Shown here: positions 1 through 11,767 of the stretch, piece after piece
Position numbering within the stretch: the stretch's first letter is position 1
Layout: every line of letters starts with the position of its first letter
NCBI GenBank assembly: GCA_905178155.1
Contig: CAJINV010000007.1
Span: 1,000,627-1,064,626, forward strand
DNA: 64,000 nt
From: Amoebophrya sp. A120
Lineage: Eukaryota > Protista > Dinoflagellata
Direction of reading: 5' to 3'
Made by a program: the position numbers and the translations under genes
Notes under the pieces: generated by a model
What the model saw: only the letters and a program-made list of their open reading frames with translations
What the model was told of the DNA's origin: nothing
Databases searched by the model: none

Positions 1-86
1 TGCATCACAGACATCAGGAGCCATGCAAAATGTGCATGACAAACCTGGCATCCTTGTTCCAGACCCAGACAATTTTGCACTTGACA
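1..86. mobile_element. Introner family A, right end only (truncated by window)
   Basis: Right TIR ttccagacccagacaattttgcacttgaca. Confidence 0.7.
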
Positions 87-3000
87 CCCGCATGCGTGCG
101 CGCGGCTCTGCTTGTTGGACCAGAACTGCACCGCCATTATGGCGTTCTCAAACGTTACAGTCTCAAGTGTTACATGGATTTGTCATGCAAGAATGGGAAA
201 AGTGAAAGGGGGGAGGTTGCATCTGTAGCATTACAAATTCCGAACAGATCTGGGCGCTGTTTAGCCATTCGCAAATTTGTCATGCGAAGCAGCTTGATAT
301 TGTGGATCTTGATGATCATTTTGCATGACAAATCATGTAACAGTTGAGAATGTAACGTTTGAGAGCCCCATAGCCATTCAGCGCGGGTTGTGGAGGGATG
401 AAGAAATAGAATCAACTGACAAGAAGAGCTCGACTTTCAAACGGTCCCACGTCACCAATATGATGAACAAGAAACAAGCAAACTCCTCAATATCTGGCGC
501 TCGTGCTCCTTCACGAGGACCTCCTGCTACATATTACGAGAGTTGCACCTCCGCTAAGTGCCGTCTAGACGAAAGCGCATGCAGCTGCACAACCTGTCTG
601 CTGTTTCACCACAGTACGCTTCTGCAGAGTATTGGCAAAGACCGGTTTTTATCAACTGTAAAAATGTCATCTGGGTCTGGAAGAGTGTAAACTTGTCATG
701 CAGGTTTTCCATGACCCCTGAGGTCTGGAATGCGGGACCTAGCATGACAGGGTCTGTGAGGTCTCTGCTATGCCTATCCTGCGTGAGAAACTCCCTCCCA
801 ACTTGGTCGAAAGTGGACAGCTTTTGGTACTCATGCAACACAGATTTTTGCATTATTCGGAATTAGCATGACAAGTTGCAATCTTCCAGACATCCAGGGA
901 CTTTTGCAATCCATAGCTTTGGGCCCCGGAATACGCCGCGGTGCCTGCCTCCACCTTCGTTCCGTTCCCGACGATATCCTGTGCAAAAGTATCGTACTCG
1001 TAGAAATGCAGGTCTTGCATTACAAGTCTTGTTCTCAAGTCAAATCTGCATTACAAATTTTATCTCTCATGCTGAGGAAATTTGTAATGCATTTATACGA
1101 GTACGATACTTTTGCAGTTCATAGACGACGAGTGGTCATGTTGGACATCATATCAAAGGCAAATATAATGTCTGGGTCTGGAGGAAGATTGCAGGACCTT
1201 GTCATCGACATCTTCTGGTGGATCACGCAACTGGTCTCTAATGCACGCAAATAAAGCATTAGTGCAGGTTTTCCGCAGGCCTTCTGATCATGTCTATTGC
1301 TATTCCGCATGAGAAATAATCATAATGCCCTATGATCTACTGCGTAGCAAGATTTTTGGGAAGCTTTTATTGGTGCTTACGCAAGACAAATCTTTATTGC
1401 CCCCTATTTAATTGAAATTGCATGACAAGTTCCAATTCCTCCAGACCCAGATCGATATTTGCAATGCATAGGACAACTACAAGAGCAAGGAAGAAGGTTG
1501 AGCATTTCTAATCCCGATCTCGTGAAGAGGTTGTTTTTGAAAGAAAAGCAGGAGTGGAAAGCGGTTCCCTGTTTAGTAAAGAAGACCAAGATGAGCCTGT
1601 ATCGGGGGGACTATATCAACTATATCAATACGACCCTGCTGCGGGGGGCCCCCGACGAGCGGGGGTCCCCGCCCGCCGCCGTGGCTGTGCGGTCGGCAGG
1701 TGAGGGTCCAGAGGGTTCTCGTCCGCGTTCAGCAGCAACACCAGGCAGCACTGAGACGAGGCAGTTGCCGTCAACTACAGGAGCATCGTCAGTAAATGAA
1801 ACTACAGAAGTAGTGGTCTACAAGAACAGCAACGACTCCTATCATAACTACACGAAGATCTTCGCAGCTTCGACTTTTGGTCCGTTGCGAATATATTTTG
1901 TGCCCGAAGTGGATTTACTGCGCAACGCTACTCCCATAGATCAATTTTTTGACGGCGAAGTCGTAGGGGTGGGGGTGTTATGAACTGCAAATAAAGTATC
2001 GTACTCGTAGAAATTGAAATGCATTTACAAATTTCCTCAGCATGATGAGAAATGCGGATTTGTCTCAAGAAAAAAATTTGTCATGCAAGACTTGCATTTA
2101 ATATACGAATGCGATACTTTTGCACAGGATAGGTGTGCGCGCATAAGCAGGAGGCGCCCTTCTATCAAAAGGAAAAACTATGATCACCCCTCCCCATGTT
2201 GACAAGGCACGTTTTCGAAAATTTGCGTTGCTGATTTGTGACCACAAATCGTCTCTGTGATGTTGCATAAAGGCAACTCTACAGGCTCCGCCGCATTGTT
2301 CTACAGGCGGTTTGTCATGCTGTTGCACCTACCACGGCGTAGGCGTCTGCCATGCAAAGCGCCAAGGCCAGAACCTGTCTCCTCAGGCTTAGCATGGGTC
2401 TGCAGTCCTCGCCAGCAAGACAGAATCAATTTGCGTACGCAAATCCAGCATCAGAAGTCTCGTTTTGATGTGGGCGGGAGGGGGGATTTTCCATTCTGAT
2501 ACCTTCGGACTGCTCGCCGCGGTTCGTATGGATGTGTCAGGATCGAAATCGACAGAGTCGAAAAATTTGTGATGCGTAAAATTTAGGGCACTGGAGGCCT
2601 GTACTGGGGAGCAGGAAAATGAGACCGATTGTAAATGTAAGCCTGGCTAGGGGTATGCAAGGCGCTGCAGCCAGAGTAGCACGACAGGGGCAGTCTTCTT
2701 TGCCTGATCAGCATGACAAACTGGATTTAGGTACCGCCAAAATTTGTTATGTACCACTTAAAAACTTAAACTGGGCTCCAACTGGTATCGGTTTTATGCA
2801 TCACAAATTTTTCGATTTTGTCGATTTCGATCCTGGCGCTTCCATAGTTCATGTGGACAAGGTAACCGCGGCACGGTGCGCCAGGCTTTGCTGGCTCGAT
2901 GAATTTTGCACCGCCTTTCAGGCAAAAGAGTCCCGAAATTGGGACGTATTCCCGGCCGGTATATCCACAGAAAATTTCCCTTGCACGTACAGATGCGGTC

Positions 3001-6000
3001 TCTGCATGACAAAACTTGGCTTCGATCCTAGTTTAGCATGAAAAGTTTTATGCTCCAAATTGGTGGAATTTGTGGAGCATGTTCTTCTACATGTACGGGA
3101 AATTTGTATTGCATACGATGCCTCCAGTTGTCGCCTGTTTCACCACAGTATCCTGTGCAAAAGTATCGTACTCGTCCTAATTGCGTTTATGCAATAATTA
3201 CAGATCTTTTTCGTTAAGGCAAATCCGCATTACAAAATGCTAAGTCAATTTGTAATGCAATTTTTACCAGTGCGATGCTTTTGCAGTTCATACACAGCGC
3301 TCTGCTGCGGGACCTTAGTGTGGATGAGTTCTTCGGCCCCGCTTGCGCCGCACTTCCCGACACAACCTTCTCTCCGACGCAGGTTATGCATTGCAAATAC
3401 AATGTCTGGGTCTGGAAAAGTGGAACTTGTATTGCGTGTCGAGGATTCCAGAAAAATCTGTTGTATTGCATAAAACAACAAAAGCGCCACGATTTCGTGA
3501 TGAAAAGACGCAGTTTGTAATGTGCACTAAGCGTCTGAAAAATTTGTCACGCTGCACTGGTCTTACAGGCGCAGTCACTCATGGCCATTCAGCATCACAA
3601 ATTTGGATCTATTGGCACGTCGGTACGGTCATAGTTAGCATCACAAATTTGGATTTCCAGACCCAGACATATTTGCATGTGATACAGGCAGAGTATTCAC
3701 AACTGGAGGACGAGGCAGACGCAGAAGGAGACTTTCCACGGCTCGCATTATCAAATGCAAATATGTCTGGGTCTGGAAGGTTGCAACTTGTGACGCAGCT
3801 GCATTTGGATACTAGAAAAATCTGTATTGCATGAACAGCACCAGAAGAGGTGGTCCAGTTTTTACCACGGCGAGGGGGCATTTCTGATGCGGTATAGGCA
3901 TGAGGAAGCCCCCCTCACAAAATCTGTGATGCTCCTAGGGTATACATCACATCAAACGTCAGGAGCCGTGCAAGCTCCTGTGCATGACAAACCTATGTAT
4001 CCTTCCAGACCCAGACACATTTGCACTGGATACGCAGATCTCGAGTATAAGCAATCCTGGATGGCGTCGCCCTGCGTTCGGAAAAAAAGGGTTTGCCCGC
4101 CCCAAGACGAGAATATCGCTAAAAGAATATCGGGGGCCGGTCGCCCGGAAGACATCGGCTGCTATCGTTCCATTTCCACTGCAGAAGAAGACAAGCAGTG
4201 GGTGCTTCATCGTCTGGTGCACTCGAATCGAGTGCAGAGCAGTGGGTGGTCGCAGTCGCAGACCGCTGGTCTTCTCGGACGAGTGCGAGGCACATATGTC
4301 AATACGCAGTTTTACTCGGGTGCACAACTCCCCCTCCCCTCATTTGTATTGCATGAACAGCAATACAAGCGTCAGCAAGAATACAGGTTTTGCATGACAA
4401 ATTTGGACGGGAGTGCAGTGCTATTTGGGCTGCCAGAACTTGCCATGCAAACAGTGCCAAGAGCCAAGGCCTAAGTTAGGCACTGTGCATGACAAATGAG
4501 GGGGGGGGTTGTGCACTTTCATAACGCTACGCCGCCGGCCTCTCCGAAAGAGGACAAATATTCTTTTCCGCTGGTCGTTATGGAAGCGTCAGAACCGAAA
4601 TCAACAAAATCGAAATAGGTATGTAATTACTATTTGTAATTAAATTACTATTTAGACTGCGGCAAGCCAGAACTTTTGAGGCTTTGGGGTATTTTCTGGG
4701 GGCCCCCGGTCCAGACAAATGCCGGAGGGTCGCCGCACGGGGGCTCTGTCCCCGTGCTCGGGCCTGGTGCTTGTTTGTGATGCATGAAATCGATACCAGT
4801 TGGCGCCTGAGCTTCAAAAGGCGCGTGACAACTTTCGGGAGCACCAAAATCCAGTCTGTCATGCTGTTTGGGCAAAGAAGATTGCTCCTGATATGCTACT
4901 CTGGCAATGCATTGCCCTCCTCTAAGCAGGCTCCCAACCGGCCCCCTTTGCCTGCTCCCCAATACAGGCCATGCGTGCGCTACATTTTATGCATTGCAAG
5001 TTCTTTTTCGATTTTGTCGATTTCGATTCTGACACTCACCCCCATAGACGTCGTACAGAATGCTCTTTATTCTGAAATTGCAACACCTTGGCCATATACT
5101 CCACCTGGCCACGTGGAGCGCTGCAGCAATCTTGAAAGAAACCGCACGGACTTCTGGGAAGACTATGGGCAGGCCGGTCATGAAAAACTCATGGACTTTT
5201 TCTACGAAAATTATGGAAAGGAGAAGAAAGCTCTGCCGCTCCGGGAAGCCAGTTTCGTTCCTAAATATCGTAAGGAAAAATCCCCCCTCCCCGTATCGAA
5301 AAGGAAGCCACATAAAATTTGCAATGCTGATTTCGGACCACAAATCGTCTTGCAAGAAGGCAAGCCCACAGGCTGCGCCGCACTGTGCAGGCGGTTCGTG
5401 ATGTTGTTGGGCCTACAGTGTGGACATTTGTAACGCTAGGCGCCAACCCCAAAACCTTGCGCCCCCGGGGTTGGCATACGCTTGCAGTCTTCTACTGCGC
5501 GACGAATCTGATTTGTGTACGCAAGTGCAGCGGCACAGACTTCCTTTTTAATATGGGGAGGGGGGATTTTTCCTTTTGATGCTGCAGGAATCGGGCCGAA
5601 CGACTTGCGGCCTTGTGATGTCTATACCGCGAGCGAGTTGATGCGCACCGCTGGGAAGAAGACAAAAGGGGTGCTTGAAGAAATGAGCCTCGAAAAAAAT
5701 AATATCCAAAAGGGCCTGGTGGTAGGGTCACCGTCGTCGCGCCGGCCTGGGTCGTCGCAGGACCAGGAGCCCCCGGCAGGGAATAATGAAAATAAGCCTT
5801 CACTTGATGTCCCTGCTGCTCCAACTTCTGGGGCGGTAGCTGTAAAAATAAATGCTAGTTCAACACCAGCACAGCAGCCGAAAGTAATACTGGCAGCCCC
5901 AAGAACCCACAGTCGGATAGTTCGACAGCATCAAGTATCCACAGAAAAAAACCCATCCACATCCAATTTGTCATGCAAAACACGTATCAAGTCATGTGTT

Positions 6001-9000
6001 TGTCATGCAAAAAATGGATGTGGATGGGTTTTTTTCTGTGGATATCAAGGATCATCTCGAGCGGCTGCAGCTGACCCCGGCGAAGGCGAACATGAAGCAG
6101 GCCTATCAAATGTAAAAATGTCTGGGTCTGGAAACTTGTGATGCTAAGTGGCGATGATTGAGCCAACTCCTGAGAGCAGCCAAGCATGACAAATTTTCAG
6201 GACGGTTTCTCATATGTAATGCGCATGAGAAACTGCGTTTTTGCATGACAAATAATTAGCGCTTTTGTCGGTCACGCAATACAGATTTTACAGGAGTGCA
6301 GGACACGCAACACAGATTCCAATTTTTCCAGACCCAGACACTTTTTCATTTGATAAGGCCGCACGAGGACCAATACCTCATCTACAGCGCTGCTTCGCAA
6401 AGCTGACGATAAAGAAGACGCTCTATGGAAGTGTCAGGATTGAAATCGTCAAAGTTGCAATAGTTTTTGATGCATAATAAAACGCAACCCACAAAGTGCC
6501 AGTCTTGCAGAGTAGGCAAGGGAGGCAGATTGTAAGCCTGTTGAGGGGTAGAAATAGAGCTGCTGAAGTAGCATGACAAAAGGCGCCACTCTTCCCCAAA
6601 CAGCATGACAAACTGGATTTCGGTTCTACCCAAATTTGTCATGCGCCACTTGAAAACTAGGCGCCAACTGGTATCCGTTTTATGCAGTACAACTTTGTCG
6701 ATTCCAATCCTGGCACTCCCATACGCTCACAAGAAACTTGCGGAATTTTCAGCGCACGCCACGCAGGTGGGATCTCTTTTTGCCGTATCAAAAGGGAAAA
6801 TCTCCCCTCCCCATATCGAAAACGAAATTTTGTTGCTGTATTTGAGTACACAAGTCAACTTGTAAAAATGCTAGAAGGCCAAGAGACGCAGCTGTGGCCT
6901 CGTTTTCAGGCAATTTGTCACGCTGTTTCCCATTTCCAGCTGCCCCCTGTCATGCTGAAGATACAAGGCTTTCCCACGCCAACCAGCACTACAGTCCGCA
7001 TCTTTTCCCTTCTGGCATGACAAAGTTGATTTGTGGCCACGAATCTGCATCACAAAGTTCTAGTTTGAGTATGGGGTGGGGGGATTTTTCATTTTGATAT
7101 ACCGTTTCCGTTCTTTTCCTCGTCCTAGCAGTGCTGGTCATTCTGGGAATGCTGGACATAATCAAGTGCGATTCCTGTGACAGTTGTAGACGGCTGGAGG
7201 TGGACGATACTAGTAGCAAGAAGCCCACCAGTTTGTCGAAGCGACAAAGGAAGCTGGACAACCGGCGAAACCGCCGCGCGGCAAAGGAGTTTGCCTTTGG
7301 GGCGACACGAGGACCACAAGGGGAACTACGAGAGTTGAAAAATGGTAGTAAAGAGCATCGCATCACAGCACAAGATGAGGTGGAAGCGGATGTAGTAGAG
7401 CACAGAAAGAACCACGAAGATCCACTGGCCGGGTCGGGTTCTACTGCGGGTGTGCATTCAGCCCCCCGTGGTCCCCCATCTGCCTACTTCACGCACGCGG
7501 AAGTGGACCGCCAGCCAGCACCACGAGGAGGTACTACTACATCTCGAGCTACGAGACGACTAGGGAATGAGAGTACAACGGCAAGTGCCGTCAACACGGC
7601 GGCGCCGCCAGCCACCTCGTCACGCGGATCTGTAGAAGTGCCTCTTGGAGGAGGACGAGGTGGTGGCGCATCAAGACCAGCTCCAGTATGGAAACGCACA
7701 ACTCATCATGACCCCCTCTTTCTCATTTCTAGCTCTAAGGCACCATGACGAGAACTACGAACAGCAAAAATACATGCGTCAGCAAGTACGCAGGTCGTTT
7801 TCTTGTGTGACAAAAAATTTGCACAGGATTTTTGCAGTGCAAGAACCATTCGGGCTTGCAGATGAACGTGTCCTCAGTCATGACTATAGTGCCAAAGAGT
7901 TGTCACTTCTAAAGGATGGATAGTTTACAACTTCTATCTATTTACTCGAGAATTGAGAAGGAGAGTGAGCAGTTGTGCGCTCCCATAATATCCTATGAAG
8001 CCCGGCGGTACTTCCAGCCGCGCGGGCTACGGTCGATATGCGAGTTTTGTGCTCAGCCCAATGGAACCAGTACAACCTCCACGAGCCAGTTCGAGAAATA
8101 TTAACGCCCAAGAAGCACGAGGACATGTTGCACAACCACAAGCGGCGGAAGTAGAAAAGGCACCCCAGAAGATGTTGAACGCTGGCACTGCAGGAACTAC
8201 TGCCATGAAAAATGCAGAAGAGCTGGCACCCAACAAAATCGGAGGAGACCAAGGTGCTTGTCGTGTACTATCGTGAGAAAAGAGTGTAGCTTCACTGTGT
8301 AAGGACAATTTTCCAACTTTTGCACTGCTACTTCGCAACACACGACAAAGAAAACTTGCCATGCGTGCTTCCTATTTAGGGAAGCATACAGTTCGCGCTC
8401 GCGCAGATGAAGATGAAACCCAATGCCTTGCATCATGTGATGTAGCAAGACCACCTCAGTAAATGCGCCGTCTGTGATGTTGCGTTCATCTATGAAAAAG
8501 CATCACAAGTTTACAGAAGTGAAGCAGGTTTTTGTTTCGATATCGTGAAGAAGACAACTACTACGTGGTTGGCGGAGCATCGATTCAAGGAGGTCCTCGT
8601 CCTGGTCCTCCTCCGCTTGAAACAGGAACCGGCAACAACATGATCATCATGCCCCCGACAGGAACAGGATTAGGTCAGGCAGGACAACAAGCGGATGTTG
8701 GTCTGAACAACTCGCTGTACAACCAGCAAGGCGAGCAACAGAAGATTTTGCAGCCTGTACAACGTCTTCCAAACTACACTGTGAATGTTGACATGTCGTC
8801 GCCGTTGTTTCAAATTTATGCTGTGCAAAAGCATCGTACTCGTACTAATCGCAGTCATGCAAGACAAATTTCTTTTTCAACCTAAATCCATTTGTCTTGC
8901 TGAGATAATTTGGATTGCAATACTACGAGTACGATACTTTTGCAGTTCATAAAATTTCGGAAGAGCAGCAGGCCTTGATGGGATACCAGGATAGCGCCGC

Positions 9001-9721
9001 ATTCGCGGCCGAAGATTACCAACCATACGCAAATTGAAAAAAAACATTTTCTACGCGTCGTCTTCACCCTTCACAGCTCAATGCTCTTGCCGGCGATCGA
9101 TTCGTTCTTCACCTTCATGCAGAAATAGTTATTCGAGAAGAAGTAATACCAATAGACACAACACTGCTGGTACATCATCAGGACAGGAAAATAAGGAACA
9201 CTTAGAAGAAGAAAATGCAGCCGCCTTGCATGTAGTGCATGTGAATCTTCTTCAACATCACATGCAAATGCATACTAGTATCTCTAAGGTGAATATTCAT
9301 GCGTAAATATGCAACATAGCGATCAGGCTATCACCAGGGTGAGGATGTTGACGAGAAGTAGAATTTTCCGCGCCATTAACGACCACCTGCGTTTAATCCG
9401 AATGCAGCTCCACCGAGGACGTCTGCAGTGAACCAACAAAATTTCTCCCCCAGCGCCAGTGCTGTTTCCAGTGGTACGACTGGTGCAAGCTCTGTACCCA
9501 CGGCCCCGCCACTTGATCATTACCTCACGACGCCGGGGGGACTAGCGGCCACGACCCATTTTCAGTTCAACAGGCTACGGGCTAGCAGTGTTCCTGCGGG
9601 CAGAGCGAACCGGAAGAATCACAGCACAAGCGGTGCGTACGTGCTAAGACCTGCAGCTCTCGACCCGATCAGTGAGGGGGACTACACTTCGACGCCCCCT
9701 GCAAGTTATGACGCAGGATAA
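1..9721 (+). CDS. Large type-I membrane protein with two PAN/apple-like Cys repeats (5' end outside window), split by about 23 non-canonical introner elements
   Basis: Removing each TAT..ATA element plus 5 nt gives one continuous frame. Repeat 1 is CARLCLLDQNCTAIQ..CLLFHHSTLL..KQEWKAVPC and repeat 2 is CARLCWLDEFCTAFQ..CRLFHHSALL..KQSWMASPC. A TM segment VSVLFLVLAVLVILGML lies at about 7105-7155, followed by a low-complexity tail. The stop is at 9037, or at 9721 if the degenerate element 9026-9380 is also removed. Confidence 0.7.
138..372. mobile_element. Introner family I
   Basis: TIR tatggcgttctcaaacgttaca / tgtaacgtttgagagccccata; TSD gccat/gccat. Confidence 0.9.
650..915. mobile_element. 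Introner family A
   Basis: TIR core tctgggtctggaag; TSD gtttt/gcttt; interior homologous to 35032 and, inverted, to 61132. Confidence 0.88.
975..1123. mobile_element. Introner family B
   Basis: TIR tatNNNNtgcaaaagtatcgtactcgta; TSD gacga/gacga. Confidence 0.92.
1151..1470. mobile_element. Introner family A
   Basis: Family A TIRs; decayed TSD catca/ggaca; frame restored by removing element plus 5 nt. Confidence 0.82.
1979..2131. mobile_element. Introner family B (opposite orientation to 975)
   Basis: Family B TIRs; TSD ggtgt/ggtgt. Confidence 0.9.
2163..2501. mobile_element. Introner family E
   Basis: TIR tatcaaaaggaaaa..cccctcccc; TSD ccttc/ccttc. Confidence 0.88.
2527..2846. mobile_element. 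Introner family D
   Basis: TIR tatggaNgNgtcaggatcgaaatcgaca; TSD gttcg/gttca. Confidence 0.9.
2962..3115. mobile_element. Introner, degenerate/unassigned family
   Basis: tatccacagaaaatttccc..gggaaatttgtattgcata; TSD cggta/cgatg; rejoins AG|TSSCRLFHH. Confidence 0.75.
3149..3292. mobile_element. Introner family B
   Basis: Family B TIRs; TSD cacag/cacag. Confidence 0.9.
3385..3684. mobile_element. Introner family A
   Basis: Family A TIRs; TSD caggt/caggc. Confidence 0.88.
3749..4032. mobile_element. Introner family A
   Basis: Family A TIRs; TSD cgcat/cgcag; interior similar to 14060. Confidence 0.88.
4313..4523. mobile_element. Introner family H
   Basis: TIR gtgcacaactccccctcccc / gggggttgtgcactttcata; left terminus TAC; TSD decayed (agttt/acgct). 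Confidence 0.78.
4579..5046. mobile_element. Introner family D carrying an extra insertion of about 150 bp (about 4625-4770)
   Basis: Family D TIRs; TSD gtcgt/gacgt; inverted relative to 2527 and 6424. Confidence 0.85.
5266..5581. mobile_element. Introner family E
   Basis: Family E TIRs (right end ATG); TSD ctaaa/ctgca. Confidence 0.83.
5936..6044. mobile_element. Introner family C
   Basis: TIR tatccacagaaaaaaacccatccacatcca; TSD tcaag/tcaag. Confidence 0.92.
6104..6355. mobile_element. Introner family A
   Basis: Family A TIRs; TSD aggcc/aggcc; interior homologous to 32114. Confidence 0.92.
6424..6723. mobile_element. Introner family D
   Basis: Family D TIRs; TSD cgctc/cgctc. Confidence 0.9.
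6786..7099. mobile_element. Introner family E (inverted relative to 2163 and 5266)
   Basis: Family E TIRs; TSD tgccg/taccg; removal joins into the TM-coding exon. Confidence 0.88.
7687..7987. mobile_element. Introner family H-like
   Basis: tatggaaacgcacaact / agttgtgcgctcccata; TSD decayed; element plus 5 nt joins ORFs 7131 and 7995 in frame. Confidence 0.75.
8269..8542. mobile_element. Introner family J
   Basis: Left end tatcgtgagaaaag as at 57847; direct repeat tcgtg at 8261 and 8543; joins ORFs 7995 and 8532. Confidence 0.7.
8817..8951. mobile_element. Introner family B
   Basis: Family B TIRs; TSD aaatt/aaatt. Confidence 0.9.
9026..9380. mobile_element. Possible highly degenerate introner
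   Basis: Flanked by aacca/gacca; removal puts ORF 9428-9721 in frame; TIR not evident. Confidence 0.4.
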
Positions 9722-10047
9722 TTGATGTTGTTTCTGTATGATTTTTGTATTTATTTGACGAAGATTCACACGTAAGGGCATTATTTCACTTTCACATTTA
9801 TTTTTCGCAAAGCACGACGGACAGAGAAAGGAGGAACGAAGAATATTTTTACGCACGGAGTTCGTCATTCTACTCAAAAAATACTCCGGGGTCTACTTGC
9901 GCATAATGTGTTCTTATTTGCTCGTCTGATGCATAGGCTCACCAACTGCCGAAGTAGATAAGATCTTGATCATGCTCAAGGTTTTTCACTAAAGAGCGAT
10001 GCAGCTCAGCAACAGAGCAGAATCAGCGTACAAAGCAAGCTGTCTCC

Positions 10048-11767
10048 CGTCCTGAGATGATGACAGAGTCCTAGAAGTTCTAGTAGTAGAAGTAGTCCTT
10101 GAGAGAAGATGGGCAGCTAATACAGTAGCTGCAAGTACACAGGACCAACTGAGAGCGTCTGCTGTTAATATTTCCTCTGAGCATTGATGAGATGAAAGCT
10201 GAAAGTGCTACTGCTATGTGGTGGTCCCTGGCCGCGATGAAAAAGATGAGTTGAGAGTGGTGCAGTTTTCTTATTCACCGTTTATTCGGGAGGGTGAAGA
10301 AGGACGATTTGATATTTCAAATTCCTCCGCCCATCTGCAACGTAGTTGTTTTCTTTTGCTGTGTCGCGTTATAATTACCTCGTGTTTGTGTTTGGTTCTG
10401 ACTTCTTGTTTGGACCTTGTGGAAATATCGATATCCCGTCAAGAATAATAAAGATGCAGGCCGTTCTTGCGAGTGCACGGAAATCAACGGGAAAAGCTGC
10501 GATGGCTTGCTCAGCGTCTGGTGGAAGTTGTACTAGCTTTGTCCAACTGCAAAACGGGTTGTGCGTTGGCCTGCAAAAAGCCACCAGCAGCACCAATTTT
10601 CGAAGTGCCATCCGTGCGAGGACGCCGCAGCAGCCAAGAAGCGGGGATCTTGTTCTTTCTCCTTCTCGTCCTCGTGTCGGCACCGTGCTGCAGCATGCAA
10701 TGAGGAAAAGCTGTACACCCAGTACACCAACCATGAGCAGAAATTTGTCTTGCACCACTGTCACCTCCAGTGTGAGTGTGACGAAAGCAGGAGACGGCAG
10801 GACAAACGTTCGGTGCTTTTTCACAGCGAAAAGTCGCCCTTGGCCGTCAACATGCGCATCTACTCTGTGGAGGACCACGAGCACGACGTCGACGAGAATA
10901 AGACGTCCTGAGATGATGACTCCTAGAAGTTGTACGTAGTAGAAGTCCTTGAGAGAAGATGAGCAGCTAATACAGTTCCAAGTACAGGACCGGTTGAGAC
11001 TGAGAGCGTCTGCTGTCAATATTAATTTCCTCTGAGCATTGACGAGATGAAAGCTGAAATAAGTGCTACTGCTATCTGGTGGTCCCTGGCCGCCATGAAA
11101 AATATGAGTTGAGAGTGGAAGTGGTGCAGTTTCTTTATTCCGTTTTGTTGGGAGGTTAAAGAAGGAGCATTTGTATTTGATAATTTCAAATTTCCCCACC
11201 GGCGCCCATCTGCAACGTAGTTGTTTTCTTTTGCTGTGTCGCGTTATAATTACCTCGTGTTTGTGTTTGGTTCTGACTTCTTGTTTGGACCTTGTGGAAA
11301 TATCGATATCCCGTCAAGAATAATAAAGATGCAGGCCGTTCTTGCGAGTGCACGGAAATCAACGGGAAAAGCTGCGATGGCTTGCTCAGCGCCTGGTGGA
11401 AGTTGTACTAGCTTTGTCCAACTGCAAAACGGGTTGTGCGTAGGCCTGCAAAAAGCCACCAGCAGCACCAATTTTCGAAGTGCCATCCGGGCGGGGGCAC
11501 CGCAGCAGCCAAGCGGGGATCTTGTTCTTTCTCGTCCTCGTGTCGGCACCGTGCTGCAGCATGCAATGAGGAAAAGCTGTAAAACTACACCAACCATGAG
11601 CAGCAATTTGTCTTGCACCACTGTCACCTCCAGTGTGAGTGTGACGAAAGCTGCAGGAGACGGCAGGACAAACGTTCGGTGCTTTTTCACAGCGAAAAGT
11701 CGCCCTTGGCCGTCAACATGCGCATCTACTCTGTGGAGGACCAAGAGCACGACGTCGACGAGAATAA
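10048..11767 (+). repeat. Tandem duplication of about 860 bp (10048-10903 and 10904-11767) covering the upstream region and 5' CDS of COX10
   Basis: Two near-identical units, both beginning cgtcctgagatgatgac; ORFs 10346 and 11221 share their N-termini. Confidence 0.92.

Noticed and set aside
5703-5919. Possible extra element between tatcc (5703) and ggata (5919)
   Set aside because: No TIR beyond 5 bp, no TSD and no octamer; the reading frame is already continuous through to the TM exon without removing it.
138-9000. Alternating repeat and unique segments resembling a CRISPR array or bacterial REP elements
   Set aside because: The repeats are inverted pairs from many families, the intervening unique segments are exons of a eukaryotic gene, and no cas genes are present.
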